The notes under the pieces are model-generated. The model did no database searches. It worked only from the letters and a program-made list of their open reading frames with translations, and was not told the DNA's origin. From an uncultured Ignavibacteriales bacterium (GTDB lineage: Bacteria > Zixibacteria > MSB-5A5 > GN15 > FEB-12): DNA of 64,000 nt. The stretch lies in the NCBI GenBank assembly GCA_964464605.1, contig CAYXJN010000004.1, positions 62,001 to 126,000 of the forward strand, given 5' to 3'. A program made the position numbers and the translations under genes. Of this stretch, positions 10,427 to 20,108 are shown one piece after another (position 1 is the first letter of the stretch; each line of letters begins with the position of its first letter).

Positions 10427-11024
10427 CCGGCGTGCCCGAATTGCTGTGTTTCTCTCAGGCGGCGGCTCCAACCTGCAGGCTTTGCTTGATGCCACAAAAT
10501 CCAACCAACTTGAAGCCGACATTGTCTGGATTGTTTCAAGCAATCCGAAAGCATACGGTATGATACGAGCACAAGAAGCACGGGTGCCGACGACACTGTT
10601 TCAGGCAAAAGCGTTTTTATCCGCTGAACAGGCATCTGATTTTCTCTTAGATGAATTGAATGTTCGCAATGTTGAATACATTGCCCTCGCCGGATACCTG
10701 AAATTGTTGCCGACTAGTGTCGTGCAAAAATATAAAGGTAAGATTGTGAATATTCATCCCGGTAAACTGCCCAAGTACGGCGGCAAGGGAATGTACGGCC
10801 ATCACGTTCACGAAGCAGTCATCGCAGCCAAAGAAAAAGAAACGGCGGTGACTGTTCATCTCGTCGATGAAATCTACGACCATGGCCGGGTGCTCGATAC
10901 TACGACCGTTCCGGTTCTACCTGATGACACCGCCGAGACACTTGCTGAGCGAGTGTTAGTACAGGAGCATCTGTTGTATCCGCGCGTATTGCAAAAACTG
11001 ATTTCAGGTGGTTATGAGTCTTGA
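10419..11024 (+). CDS. purN: Phosphoribosylglycinamide formyltransferase
   Basis: SGGGSNLQAL, LAGY, NIHP..LP..GG.GMYG, HLVDE.YDHG. Confidence 0.94.
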   Translation: MANRRARIAVFLSGGGSNLQALLDATKSNQLEADIVWIVSSNPKAYGMIRAQEARVPTTLFQAKAFLSAEQASDFLLDELNVRNVEYIALAGYLKLLPTSVVQKYKGKIVNIHPGKLPKYGGKGMYGHHVHEAVIAAKEKETAVTVHLVDEIYDHGRVLDTTTVPVLPDDTAETLAERVLVQEHLLYPRVLQKLISGGYES

Positions 11025-11928
11025 TTATTCGAACATGGTAGTAACTACCGATATCAAAGAATACCCGCTCATCTGGCGCGGCAAGGTGCGGGATGTGTAT
11101 GATCTGGGTGAGACGCTTTTATTTGTCGCGTCGGATCGTATCTCCGCCTTCGATGTCGTGCTCCCCGGCGGTATTCCCGGTAAAGGGAAGATTCTTGCTT
11201 CAATGTCTCTATTCTGGTTTTCGTTTCTCAAAGATGTCGTACCGAATCACTTGGTAACTGCCAATGTTGATGAATACCCGAAAGCGCTGCAGTCATATCG
11301 TTCGTTGTTAGAAGGCCGCTCTATGATCGTCAAAAAAGCGGAACGAGTCGACTGCGAGTGCATCGTCCGCGGGTTTATTTCCGGCTCGATGTGGAAAGAA
11401 CTCGTTTGCGCCCGCAAAGAGGGAAAAAATGAAATACATGGCTTTAGTTTTTCGCCCGGTCTGAGCGAATCGGGAAAACTGCAATACCCGATGTTCACCC
11501 CATCTTCCAAAAACGACACCGGCCATGACATCAATATCAGCTACGCTGAAATGGAAAAACAGGTTGGCGCCGAGTTGGCGGCAAAGTGCAAGGAAACCTC
11601 GCTCTCTATTTATCGCAAAGCATTCGATTATGCGTTGCGGCGCGGTATTATTATTGCTGATACCAAATTTGAGTTTGGGATGATAAACGGGCAATTCACG
11701 CTTATCGATGAAGCGCTCACGCCCGATTCCAGCCGTTTCTGGCCCCTTTTGGAATATCAACAGGGAAGAAGCCAGCCATCGTATGACAAACAACCAATTC
11801 GTGATTATTTGGAAACACTGAACTGGGACAAAACACCGCCCGGTCCGAAACTTCCTGATGAAGTTATCGAGGCAAGTATCCAGCGGTATCGTGATGCCCA
11901 GCGACTTTTGACAGGGAAAAGTATATGA
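11014..11928 (+). CDS. purC: SAICAR synthetase
   Basis: GKVRDVY, SDRISAFDV, ECIVRG, IIADTKFEFG, LTPDSSRFW. Confidence 0.95.
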   Translation: MSLDYSNMVVTTDIKEYPLIWRGKVRDVYDLGETLLFVASDRISAFDVVLPGGIPGKGKILASMSLFWFSFLKDVVPNHLVTANVDEYPKALQSYRSLLEGRSMIVKKAERVDCECIVRGFISGSMWKELVCARKEGKNEIHGFSFSPGLSESGKLQYPMFTPSSKNDTGHDINISYAEMEKQVGAELAAKCKETSLSIYRKAFDYALRRGIIIADTKFEFGMINGQFTLIDEALTPDSSRFWPLLEYQQGRSQPSYDKQPIRDYLETLNWDKTPPGPKLPDEVIEASIQRYRDAQRLLTGKSI

Positions 11929-13496
11929 CCGACGCCTCAAGAATAAAACGCGCGCTCATTTCCGTATCGGACAAAACCGGTTTGGAAACGCTCGTGAAAG
12001 AACTCAATAAGCTGAAAATCGAAATTCTGTCTACCGGCGGAACGCAGAAAAAAATCAAGGAAGCGAATGTGCCGGTGATTTCCGTTTCGACCTTTACCGG
12101 CAGTCCGGAAATTTTAGATGGGCGCGTCAAAACGCTGCACCCGAAAATCCATGCAGGTATCTTATACCGCCGCGAGAATGAAGAGCATATCAGCGAAATG
12201 CAGGAGCAGGAATATCGCGGTATCGATTTGGTTATAGCGAATCTCTATCCCTTTGAAGAAACTGTCCGCAAGCCGGAAGTACCGGAAGAAGAAATTATCG
12301 AAAACATCGACGTCGGCGGCCCCTCAATGATCCGCGCTGCTGCCAAAAATTTCGAAAGCGTGACTGTTATTACCGATCCGGCCGATTATGGCGCACTGGT
12401 CGATCAGCTCAAATCCGGCAAAGGAAAAACGACGTTAGAGTTCCGCAGGCAGTGTGCGGCGAAAGCGTTCGCACTTTCGGCGCGCTATGAGTCGGCAATT
12501 GCGGGATATTTTCAGTTCGGGAAAGATGAAAGCGGTGAAATGTTTCCACACCAGCTTGCTTTATCCTTTACCACCAAAGGACAGCTTCGGTACGGCGAAA
12601 ACCCGCACCAGCAGGCCTCAGCGTACCGATTGGATGATTACGAAGGACCGACGACACTCGATGCCGAAATGCATGCCGGAAAAGAGTTGTCATATAACAA
12701 CTACAATGACCTTGATGCCTGTCTTGATATGATTCTGGAATTCTCCGAACCGTTCGCCTGTCTGATTAAGCATACCAATCCCTGCGGCGCGGCAATCGGG
12801 AAAACTTTGACTGAGGCATACAAGCGTGCTTACGAAAGTGATCCACTTTCCGCGTACGGTTCGATTATCGGGTTGAATCGTGAAGTCGACATGGAAACAG
12901 CGAAAGAGCTGCATGAAACGCCGTTTGTCGAGTGTATCATTGCGCCATCGTACACAGCCGATGCCTTAGCGCTGCTGCAAAAAAAGAAAAATCGTCGTCT
13001 GTTAAGCCTGCCGTCGATTTTGAATAAGAAAACAGATGCGCCGATGCATTACCGTTATCTACGCGGCGGTTTGCTTGCCCAAACAGCGGATGATATCACC
13101 ACGCTCGAATCATCATTGAAACCGATTTCCAAACGGCAGCCGACAAAAATAGAAATCGCCGATATGCTGTTCGCCTGGAAAATCGTGAAGCACACCAAGT
13201 CGAATGCGATAGTACTCGCTAAAAATGGCGCGACAGTCGGTATCGGCATGGGACAAACCTCGCGCGTCGATTCCGCCTTCATGGCGGTCAAGCGCGCCGG
13301 TGACCGGGCGAAAGGGGCAGTGTGCGCATCGGATGCATTTTTCCCGATGCCTGACGGGATTGAAACTTGTACCTCCGTCGGTGTGACGGCATTTATTCAG
13401 CCGGGCGGATCGCAAGGGGATGAACAGGCGATTGCGGCCGTTGATGCCGTCAACGCGGCGATGGTCTTTACCGGTATCCGTCATTTCAAACATTGA
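11925..13496 (+). CDS. purH: Bifunctional AICAR transformylase/IMP cyclohydrolase
   Basis: ALISVSDKTG, GRVKTLHP, ENIDVGGP, LRYGENPHQ, KHTNPCG, ASDAFF, FTGIRHFKH. Confidence 0.97.
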   Translation: MTDASRIKRALISVSDKTGLETLVKELNKLKIEILSTGGTQKKIKEANVPVISVSTFTGSPEILDGRVKTLHPKIHAGILYRRENEEHISEMQEQEYRGIDLVIANLYPFEETVRKPEVPEEEIIENIDVGGPSMIRAAAKNFESVTVITDPADYGALVDQLKSGKGKTTLEFRRQCAAKAFALSARYESAIAGYFQFGKDESGEMFPHQLALSFTTKGQLRYGENPHQQASAYRLDDYEGPTTLDAEMHAGKELSYNNYNDLDACLDMILEFSEPFACLIKHTNPCGAAIGKTLTEAYKRAYESDPLSAYGSIIGLNREVDMETAKELHETPFVECIIAPSYTADALALLQKKKNRRLLSLPSILNKKTDAPMHYRYLRGGLLAQTADDITTLESSLKPISKRQPTKIEIADMLFAWKIVKHTKSNAIVLAKNGATVGIGMGQTSRVDSAFMAVKRAGDRAKGAVCASDAFFPMPDGIETCTSVGVTAFIQPGGSQGDEQAIAAVDAVNAAMVFTGIRHFKH

Positions 13497-13555
13497 CCTG
13501 AGTTCAGCAATTTTAAGCGGCTGAAGCGAAATAATTATCGGAATGCAAAGTCATT

Positions 13556-13583
13556 GGAACCGGTTATTCATTGCATTTGTTAA
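13556..13583 (+). promoter_or_regulatory. Putative ECF-sigma promoter
   Basis: GGAAC-17 nt-TGTTAA, 12 nt before the ATG. Same geometry at 14661 and 35227. Confidence 0.45.
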
Positions 13584-13595
13584 GGAATAAGCATC

Positions 13596-14657
13596 ATGAA
13601 GACTCGCTTGAAATCTCGCCTATCACGAATTCATCTGCTAGTTCCTGCAATCATTCTATTGCTGTTAGGTGCTGTTTCGGTTGTTTCACTGCCGAATCTC
13701 TCTGTTGAACATGGAGAAAGTTGCAAGCGCTGTCATTTCTCGCCTAGCGGCGGGGGAATGCGCAATGAATACGGAAATTTCACGACTGCTTTAAATGAAC
13801 TCTGCATTCCACCGACCCGTGAAATTGCGGTAAAACAATACAAATCCCCGCGTATCGCCCCGGGACTAACCGTTGGATTTGACTCCCGGCACCTGTTTTT
13901 GGGTCGGAATTATTCCTTCTTTCGCATGCAAACCGATTTTTACGCCACCGTTGAACCGATGAAAAATCTGTTTTACAGCGTACGCTTTACCGAAAACGGG
14001 ATTAGAGAAAACTATGCCATGATAGTGTTCGGTGACCAAAAGTTTTCCCTGCGCACAGGGAGGATTTCTCCTTCGTTCGGTTTACGCAATGAAGATCATA
14101 CGTCATTTAATAGAGAACGTACCGGTAACGGCTCGAATACATTCTTAGATGGTGTCGCTGGTAGCGCGGAGTTTTTTGGAACCGATTTTATGGTGGAAGG
14201 GTTTGATCAATTCGGTCGCGGGGTCTATGGCGTTCATATAATGCGTTCCGGCTACATCGCACCATTCGGTTATTTGCTCGGCGGATCGGCGCGATTTACG
14301 GAAAAAGTTGATGGTGAATACGGCTCATTCCCGTGGGCACAGTCGGTGTTTGGCGGGTTATCATTTGACCGGATTACTGCAATGGGGGAACTTAATTTTG
14401 TCGGCCGTCACAGCGATACTTTGATCATGTACGGTAATCTCACCGTTCGTCCGGTGTGGGGTGTGTATGTAGTAGGTGAATACAATTTCATGGATCCGGA
14501 TCGGCGATATGAAACCGGTATCGATGAATTTGTGCGCGCCTCGGTCAATTGTTATCCAATTTCGTTTGTAATGATTAGTCCTTCGTACACTTTCTATACT
14601 CACGGTCCGTTTGTAGGCAGTAATGACTGGTATATCCAGTTCCATATCGGTTATTAA
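13596..14657 (+). CDS. Predicted monoheme cytochrome c-outer-membrane beta-barrel fusion (Cyc2-like architecture)
   Basis: Signal peptide, then LPNLSVEHGESCKRCH (CxxCH at residues 43-47), then alternating amphipathic beta strands and a terminal aromatic beta-signal WYIQFHIGY. Confidence 0.7.
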   Translation: MKTRLKSRLSRIHLLVPAIILLLLGAVSVVSLPNLSVEHGESCKRCHFSPSGGGMRNEYGNFTTALNELCIPPTREIAVKQYKSPRIAPGLTVGFDSRHLFLGRNYSFFRMQTDFYATVEPMKNLFYSVRFTENGIRENYAMIVFGDQKFSLRTGRISPSFGLRNEDHTSFNRERTGNGSNTFLDGVAGSAEFFGTDFMVEGFDQFGRGVYGVHIMRSGYIAPFGYLLGGSARFTEKVDGEYGSFPWAQSVFGGLSFDRITAMGELNFVGRHSDTLIMYGNLTVRPVWGVYVVGEYNFMDPDRRYETGIDEFVRASVNCYPISFVMISPSYTFYTHGPFVGSNDWYIQFHIGY

Positions 14658-14660
14658 TCT

Positions 14661-14688
14661 GCAACTTCCAGCCCGTTCTTTTTGTTAT
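14661..14688 (+). promoter_or_regulatory. Putative ECF-sigma promoter
   Basis: GCAAC-17 nt-TGTTAT in the short intergenic gap. Confidence 0.4.
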
Positions 14689-14717
14689 ATCCGAAGTAGC
14701 CTCACGTGAAAGGTAGA

Positions 14718-15452
14718 ATGACCTGCGCGAAATACAGAGCACTGCTGATAGTAGGACTAATTTTTGTCATTGCCGGCTGTAAAGATTACGGTTCAATGCC
14801 GGTTATTGTTCCACCGGTCACCGGGCTATCAGTCAATAATCAGACGATGCTCGAAGGACAGAATGCCATGTTTACGATTAGTCTGAGCGAAATCGATACC
14901 AGCGATGTTTCTGTTACCTGGTCGTTAGTTGACAGCAGCGCGCAATCAAATGCTGATTACATTCCCGCAAATGGCGTAGTAGTCATTCCAGCCGGTCAAC
15001 TGACTGTAACTGTTCAAGTGACTTCCGTTAATGATACCGTGATTGAATCAGGAGAAAGTTTTAAGGTTTTGCTGTCGAATTCGCAGAACGCAGTTATCGG
15101 GGACAGCATTGGTATTGGTACGATCTGGGATGATGACGGTGTCCGCTTTTTAGGCGACATACAACCGATCTTACTCAACAACTGCGCCTTCACCGATTGC
15201 CACGGCGATGGCAGTATGGAGGGTGGATTGGCGATGGGGAATGCAACCTATCAAGAAATACGGAATGCATCGGGTACTGATGTCGGTGCGGTGGTTGTTC
15301 CCGGCAATGCCGATACCAGCCCGTTGTATTTGGTCACGACTTCTAATTCAATGCCGGATATCGACCGGATGCCTTCCGGCGGACCATACCTGACAACCGG
15401 ACAACAACAAAAAATTAAGGATTGGATAAATCAAGGTGCACAGGATAATTAA
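14718..15452 (+). CDS. Lipoprotein with Calx-beta domain and C-terminal planctomycete-type cytochrome c domain
   Basis: Lipobox IAGC, Calx-beta signature (ADY...G...VNDTVIESGESF.V.LSN...G.GTI.DDD), and FxxDIQPILxxNCAFTDCHG...VPGNADTS.L...RMP...IKDWINQGA. ATG 14718 preferred over GTG 14706. Confidence 0.8.
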   Translation: MTCAKYRALLIVGLIFVIAGCKDYGSMPVIVPPVTGLSVNNQTMLEGQNAMFTISLSEIDTSDVSVTWSLVDSSAQSNADYIPANGVVVIPAGQLTVTVQVTSVNDTVIESGESFKVLLSNSQNAVIGDSIGIGTIWDDDGVRFLGDIQPILLNNCAFTDCHGDGSMEGGLAMGNATYQEIRNASGTDVGAVVVPGNADTSPLYLVTTSNSMPDIDRMPSGGPYLTTGQQQKIKDWINQGAQDN

Positions 15453-16080
15453 TCATCATAGATTTACTTTCATTCTCTTGTTTCTCTGTGTCATGGCTTT
15501 GTCTACGCGGGCGGAGACGTACAGTGTGAAAGCGGACAGTACGACCGATTCGGTGTATATCAAATCGAAAGCGAAACTTGAGTTTTTTGACGGCACCGGC
15601 AGAGATATTGTCGGCAGTTTTCAATTCGATCCGACTAATCCATCCGCAGGAGCGACCGGAATACTACGTTTTGATTTGCGCACGCTCAACACCGGTATTG
15701 AACTGCGGAATGAACATATGCGGGAAAGGCATCTGCACACCGATAAGTTTCCGTTCTGTTATTATGAGCTGACTTCAGTAACCGGATTACCCGGTAGCAT
15801 CGCTTCTGATTCTACATACACAGTTTCCGGTTCCGGATTTTTTTATATTCATGGGGTTAAGCGGGCAATGCCGAGCAAAATTAGTTTCAAACAGACAGCT
15901 TCCGGGTATTCAGTCACTGCAACTTTCGCCGTGGAACTGGATGAATTTGAAATCCCACGTCCGAAAGCACTCTTCATGAAACTGGCGGAAGTTATTGAGG
16001 TGTCAGCCAGCTTTGTCGGCACGAGCGGAGCCGCCGCCGAAACCGTAACTCTCCCAACGGATTGGAAGGAGCTAAAATAA
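15436..16080 (+). CDS. YceI-family periplasmic lipid/polyisoprenoid-binding protein
   Basis: Signal peptide, L.TGIELRNEHM...LHTDKFP, G.F.IHGVKR, F.I..P. Confidence 0.85.
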   Translation: MHRIINHHRFTFILLFLCVMALSTRAETYSVKADSTTDSVYIKSKAKLEFFDGTGRDIVGSFQFDPTNPSAGATGILRFDLRTLNTGIELRNEHMRERHLHTDKFPFCYYELTSVTGLPGSIASDSTYTVSGSGFFYIHGVKRAMPSKISFKQTASGYSVTATFAVELDEFEIPRPKALFMKLAEVIEVSASFVGTSGAAAETVTLPTDWKELK

Positions 16081-16102
16081 GGCCTTCAGGTTTCACGAAG
16101 GC

Positions 16103-16131
16103 TTGCATTGGTATCAAAACTCGGCTATCTT
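16103..16131 (+). promoter_or_regulatory. Sigma70-type promoter for the smg-coaBC-udg-dnaB run
   Basis: TTGCAT-17 nt-TATCTT. Confidence 0.5.
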
Positions 16132-16167
16132 ATTCAGGAACACCGTCTCAACCTGAGGAAGGACGTA

Positions 16168-16635
16168 ATGCGTAACCGGGTGCTTGAAATTGTCGTGATG
16201 CTTATGGACTCCGTCCAGGAAAATGATACCTGGATTTCGGATATTGATGATATGTCTTCCACGCTTCGGAGTATGGGGTACACCGACCAGGAAATTTCCA
16301 GCGCGTTCGGCTGGCTGGCGGAACGATTCCATCATGCCGGCGACCGGTTCTTTGTCAATTTCTCCCGTGTCCAATCCACCAATCGCGTACTTTCGCAGCA
16401 TGAACGGCTTCGCTGGACACCGGAGGCCTACGGCTTTTTGCTCAAGCTTTTCAATTATGGATTGATTACCAACGAGCAGGCGGAAATGATTATCGAACAG
16501 GCGTTGGTATATACACCGCGTGAAGTCAATGTCGAGCGGGTAAAACGGATTGCCGCCGCACTCATGTTCGCGGATTTGGATATGCTCGATGATCTCGATG
16601 CCGATCAGCCGTACGAACGTCACGATATCAATTAA
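16168..16635 (+). CDS. DUF494/Smg family protein
   Basis: L...GY...EISSAFGWL, RVL...ER....EAYGFL..L...GLI...Q.E.IIE. ATG 16168 follows GAGGAAGGA. Confidence 0.8.
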   Translation: MRNRVLEIVVMLMDSVQENDTWISDIDDMSSTLRSMGYTDQEISSAFGWLAERFHHAGDRFFVNFSRVQSTNRVLSQHERLRWTPEAYGFLLKLFNYGLITNEQAEMIIEQALVYTPREVNVERVKRIAAALMFADLDMLDDLDADQPYERHDIN

Positions 16636-16640
16636 TTCCT

Positions 16641-17849
16641 ATGTCATTTCAAAATAAGAAAGTGCTGGTCGGAATGACCGGCGGAATTGCCTGTTATAAA
16701 GTTCCGAACTTGGTGCGGCTGTTGCGCGCTGAAGGAGTCGAGGTGCAGGTAGTCATGACCGATTCAGCGACTAAGTTCATTACACCGCTCACACTCGAAT
16801 CAGTTTCCAATCGTCCGGTCGCAACCGAAATGTTTCCGGCGACGGTTGAGTATGTCGCCACGCGGCATATCGATTTTGCCCAATGGCCGGACCTGATTGT
16901 TATCGCTCCGGCAACCGCGAATTTTTTTGGGAAAATCGCTGCCGGAATTTCAGATGATTTACTCACGACTATTATGTGCGCGACCGCCAAGCCGGTCATG
17001 TTAGCTCCGGCGATGAACCCGCAGATGTGGGCGAACAAAGTTACACAGCGAAACCTTGCCTATCTTCGTTCCGAACTTGGCTGGAACGTAGTCGATCCGG
17101 AAGCGGGGAAGATGGCCTGCGATGATGTCGGTGTCGGCCGAATGGCGGAGCCGGAAGTTATCTTCGAATCGATCCGCTCTTTTTTTTTCGCTAATTCCCA
17201 AACAAAGCCCTTAACCGGAAAACGAATTGTAGTAACCGCCGGGCCGACCCGTGAGCCGCTTGATCCGGTTCGTTATCTGACCAATTATTCTTCCGGAAAA
17301 ATGGGGTACGCTATCGCACAGCAGGCTGCCGCAGCCGGTGCGGAGACCGTGCTTATTTCCGGGCCGACCGCGTTACCTGCGCCAAACGGGGTAAAGTTGA
17401 TTGCGATAGAATCGACCGAACAGCTTCACCAGGCGGTACTTACTGAGTTTCCTCAATCAGATTGTTTAATCATGGCGGCAGCCCCAGCCGACTTTACCCC
17501 GGCGGATATTTCCGAAACCAAAATCAAAAAGAACGGGTCGAATATCAACATCGCTCTGCGTCCCTCTGTGGATATCCTCAAATCAGTCGCCCAAAAGAAA
17601 AAAAACGGCCAGCGGCTGGTCGGCTTTGCATTGGAGACAGACAACGGTCTTGAAAATGCGAAAAAAAAGCTGTCCGACAAATCGCTTGATATGATTGTGC
17701 TTAACTCCCCCGGCGATAAAACCGGTTTTGAACATGATACCAATCAAGTCGTTCTCCTGAATGCCAATGGAAACGCCGAAGAATTGCCTCTCTTGACCAA
17801 GGCTGAAATTGCGCGTAGGTTACTTGAACGAGTTGCTAAACTGTTTTAG
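16641..17849 (+). CDS. coaBC: Phosphopantothenoylcysteine decarboxylase/ligase
   Basis: TGGIACYK, APATAN, PAMNPQM, VTAGPTREPLDPVRYLTNYSSGKMG, GFALET. Confidence 0.96.
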   Translation: MSFQNKKVLVGMTGGIACYKVPNLVRLLRAEGVEVQVVMTDSATKFITPLTLESVSNRPVATEMFPATVEYVATRHIDFAQWPDLIVIAPATANFFGKIAAGISDDLLTTIMCATAKPVMLAPAMNPQMWANKVTQRNLAYLRSELGWNVVDPEAGKMACDDVGVGRMAEPEVIFESIRSFFFANSQTKPLTGKRIVVTAGPTREPLDPVRYLTNYSSGKMGYAIAQQAAAAGAETVLISGPTALPAPNGVKLIAIESTEQLHQAVLTEFPQSDCLIMAAAPADFTPADISETKIKKNGSNINIALRPSVDILKSVAQKKKNGQRLVGFALETDNGLENAKKKLSDKSLDMIVLNSPGDKTGFEHDTNQVVLLNANGNAEELPLLTKAEIARRLLERVAKLF

Positions 17850-17878
17850 CATTAGTTTAACCTACAACCAGCACGAGA

Positions 17879-18649
17879 ATGACCGACTCACGCAATCTAC
17901 AGGATTTGTTTCGCCGCGCCGTTTTAGCCCAGATGGAACTCGGGATGACCGAGGCTGTGCTTACACCGGTGACTGCGATCACACCAGAGCCTGCTGTTGT
18001 AACTTCTCCACGCACATATGAATCTCCCGTAGCAATTACTTCCGAGCCAACACTGTTCGCCGGTGCGGCGACATCGTTAATTAATGAAGCACCATCGTTT
18101 GGTTCTTTAGAAGAGCACTTCAAAGCGATCTGTGAGTGCCAGTTGTGTCCGTTAGGAAAAACGAGAAACAAGTTTGTTTACGGTGTTGGAAATCCGAATG
18201 CTAAACTCATGTTTATCGGTGAAGGGCCGGGCGCGGATGAAGACGCCAAAGGGGAGCCATTTGTTGGCCGGGCCGGGCAGTTGCTTGATAAAATTCTGGC
18301 GGCGATTCAGTTGGATCGCACGCAAATCTATATCGCCAACATCGTCAAATGCCGTCCGCCGGAAAACCGGGTGCCTGCGCCAACAGAGATGGAAACCTGC
18401 TTTCCCTATTTGAAAGAGCAGATACGGATTATTAAACCGAAATTGCTTTGCGCGCTTGGCAAAACCGCCGCGCAGGCATTGATTGGGGAAGTTCCTGCTC
18501 TGGGAAAAGTGCGGGGAAGATGGCATGATTTTGAGGGTATTCCGGTGATTGTGACCTACCACCCGGCAGCCCTCCTTCGTGATCCGGCCTATAAAAAGGG
18601 AACGTGGGAGGATATGCAAGTCCTTCGCGCCCGTTATGACAGCTTATAA
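17879..18649 (+). CDS. Uracil-DNA glycosylase family 4 ([4Fe-4S])
   Basis: Cxx[37 protein letters not shown]. Confidence 0.94.
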   Translation: MTDSRNLQDLFRRAVLAQMELGMTEAVLTPVTAITPEPAVVTSPRTYESPVAITSEPTLFAGAATSLINEAPSFGSLEEHFKAICECQLCPLGKTRNKFVYGVGNPNAKLMFIGEGPGADEDAKGEPFVGRAGQLLDKILAAIQLDRTQIYIANIVKCRPPENRVPAPTEMETCFPYLKEQIRIIKPKLLCALGKTAAQALIGEVPALGKVRGRWHDFEGIPVIVTYHPAALLRDPAYKKGTWEDMQVLRARYDSL

Positions 18650-18666
18650 GGAATTCAGACAGTAGT

Positions 18667-20106
18667 ATGGCATACCGTCCACAAACAACTCAGGAAGTTG
18701 ACCGGCTCCAGCCGCCGCAATCGATCGATGCCGAGCAGGGCGTATTAGGCGCAGTGCTAAAAGACCCGGATGCGATGTACCGGGCGATTGAAATTCTTGA
18801 TACACCCGATCATTTTTATCATCCGCGCCACCGTCAGATTTTTACCGCTATTCTTGCGCTGATTAACCAAAACCAGCCGTGCGATATTACCACCGTCGCC
18901 AATTGGCTGTTGAAAGAAGGATTGCTTGAGCAGGCGGGCGGACGGACATATTTGGTGGAGTTAGTCGAAGCGGTGCCGTCATCGGCGCACGTTGCTTCCT
19001 ATGCCAATCTTGTTTTAGAAAAATCTGTTCTTCGCCGCTTGATTGAAACTTCAACAGAAATTGTCCGCAGCTGCTATGATCAAGATCAGCAGGCGGATGA
19101 ACTGCTCGACTCCGCTGAAAAAAATATCTTCGATATCTCCGGCAGCCGAGTACGGCAGGGCTTCTATCCAATTAAAGGTTTAGTCGATACGGTTACCGCC
19201 AATATCGAATCGTTTCATGCTTCAGGCGGTTCATTCGATGGTGTGCACACCGGTTTCGAAGATCTCGATAAACTGACCGAAGGATTCCACAACAACGACT
19301 TTATCGTTATAGCCGGACGCCCCTCGATGGGTAAAACCGCTTTCGCGCTCAATATCGCCGAGCAGGTTGCTATCGATCAGCGCAAAGGTGTAGCAATGTT
19401 CTCTATCGAAATGTCGCGGGAACAGCTGGTGATGCGTCTCATGTGTGGTCGCGCCGGGTTCACCCAGCAGCAGGTACGGTCATCCTATTTCAATGACAAA
19501 CAGATGCGGCACCTGATTCAAAAAAGCGATAGTTTGCGCGATGCGCCGATTTATATCGATGATTCCCCCGCTCTTTCTATTTTGGAAATGCGGGCCAAGT
19601 CGCGCCGTTTGAAAGCGCAGTATAAGAATCTTTCCCTTATTGTCGTCGACTATTTGCAGTTGATGCACCTCCACGGTAAAACGGAGAACCGTCAGCAGGA
19701 AATCGCGATCATCTCCCGCGGTCTGAAAGCGTTAGCAAAAGATTTGGAAGTTCCGGTTATCGCCTGTTCGCAGTTGTCCCGTATGGTGGAACAGCGCGGT
19801 GGTGACAAGATTCCACAACTGTCCGACTTGCGGGAGTCAGGCGCGATCGAACAGGATGCCGACGTCGTCATTTTCGTGCATCGCCCTGACTATTACTGGA
19901 AGAAAAAAGATTACGATGATGATGAACTGAAACCGGTACATTTGCGTCAGGCCGGACTGGCCGAAATTATCGTGGCCAAGCAGCGTAACGGTCCGACCGG
20001 CACGGCGAATCTTACCTTTATTAAACATCTCGCCCGGTTTGAAAACCGGACGACCCGCAATCTTGAACTGCCTCCCGATGCGCAGCCTGTCGATATGCCG
20101 TTTTAG
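18667..20106 (+). CDS. dnaB: Replicative DNA helicase
   Basis: PPQSIDAEQ, GRPSMGKT, DYLQLM, SQLSR, LSDLRESGAIEQDAD, KQRNGPTG. No intein seen. Confidence 0.97.
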   Translation: MAYRPQTTQEVDRLQPPQSIDAEQGVLGAVLKDPDAMYRAIEILDTPDHFYHPRHRQIFTAILALINQNQPCDITTVANWLLKEGLLEQAGGRTYLVELVEAVPSSAHVASYANLVLEKSVLRRLIETSTEIVRSCYDQDQQADELLDSAEKNIFDISGSRVRQGFYPIKGLVDTVTANIESFHASGGSFDGVHTGFEDLDKLTEGFHNNDFIVIAGRPSMGKTAFALNIAEQVAIDQRKGVAMFSIEMSREQLVMRLMCGRAGFTQQQVRSSYFNDKQMRHLIQKSDSLRDAPIYIDDSPALSILEMRAKSRRLKAQYKNLSLIVVDYLQLMHLHGKTENRQQEIAIISRGLKALAKDLEVPVIACSQLSRMVEQRGGDKIPQLSDLRESGAIEQDADVVIFVHRPDYYWKKKDYDDDELKPVHLRQAGLAEIIVAKQRNGPTGTANLTFIKHLARFENRTTRNLELPPDAQPVDMPF

Positions 20107-20108
20107 CC

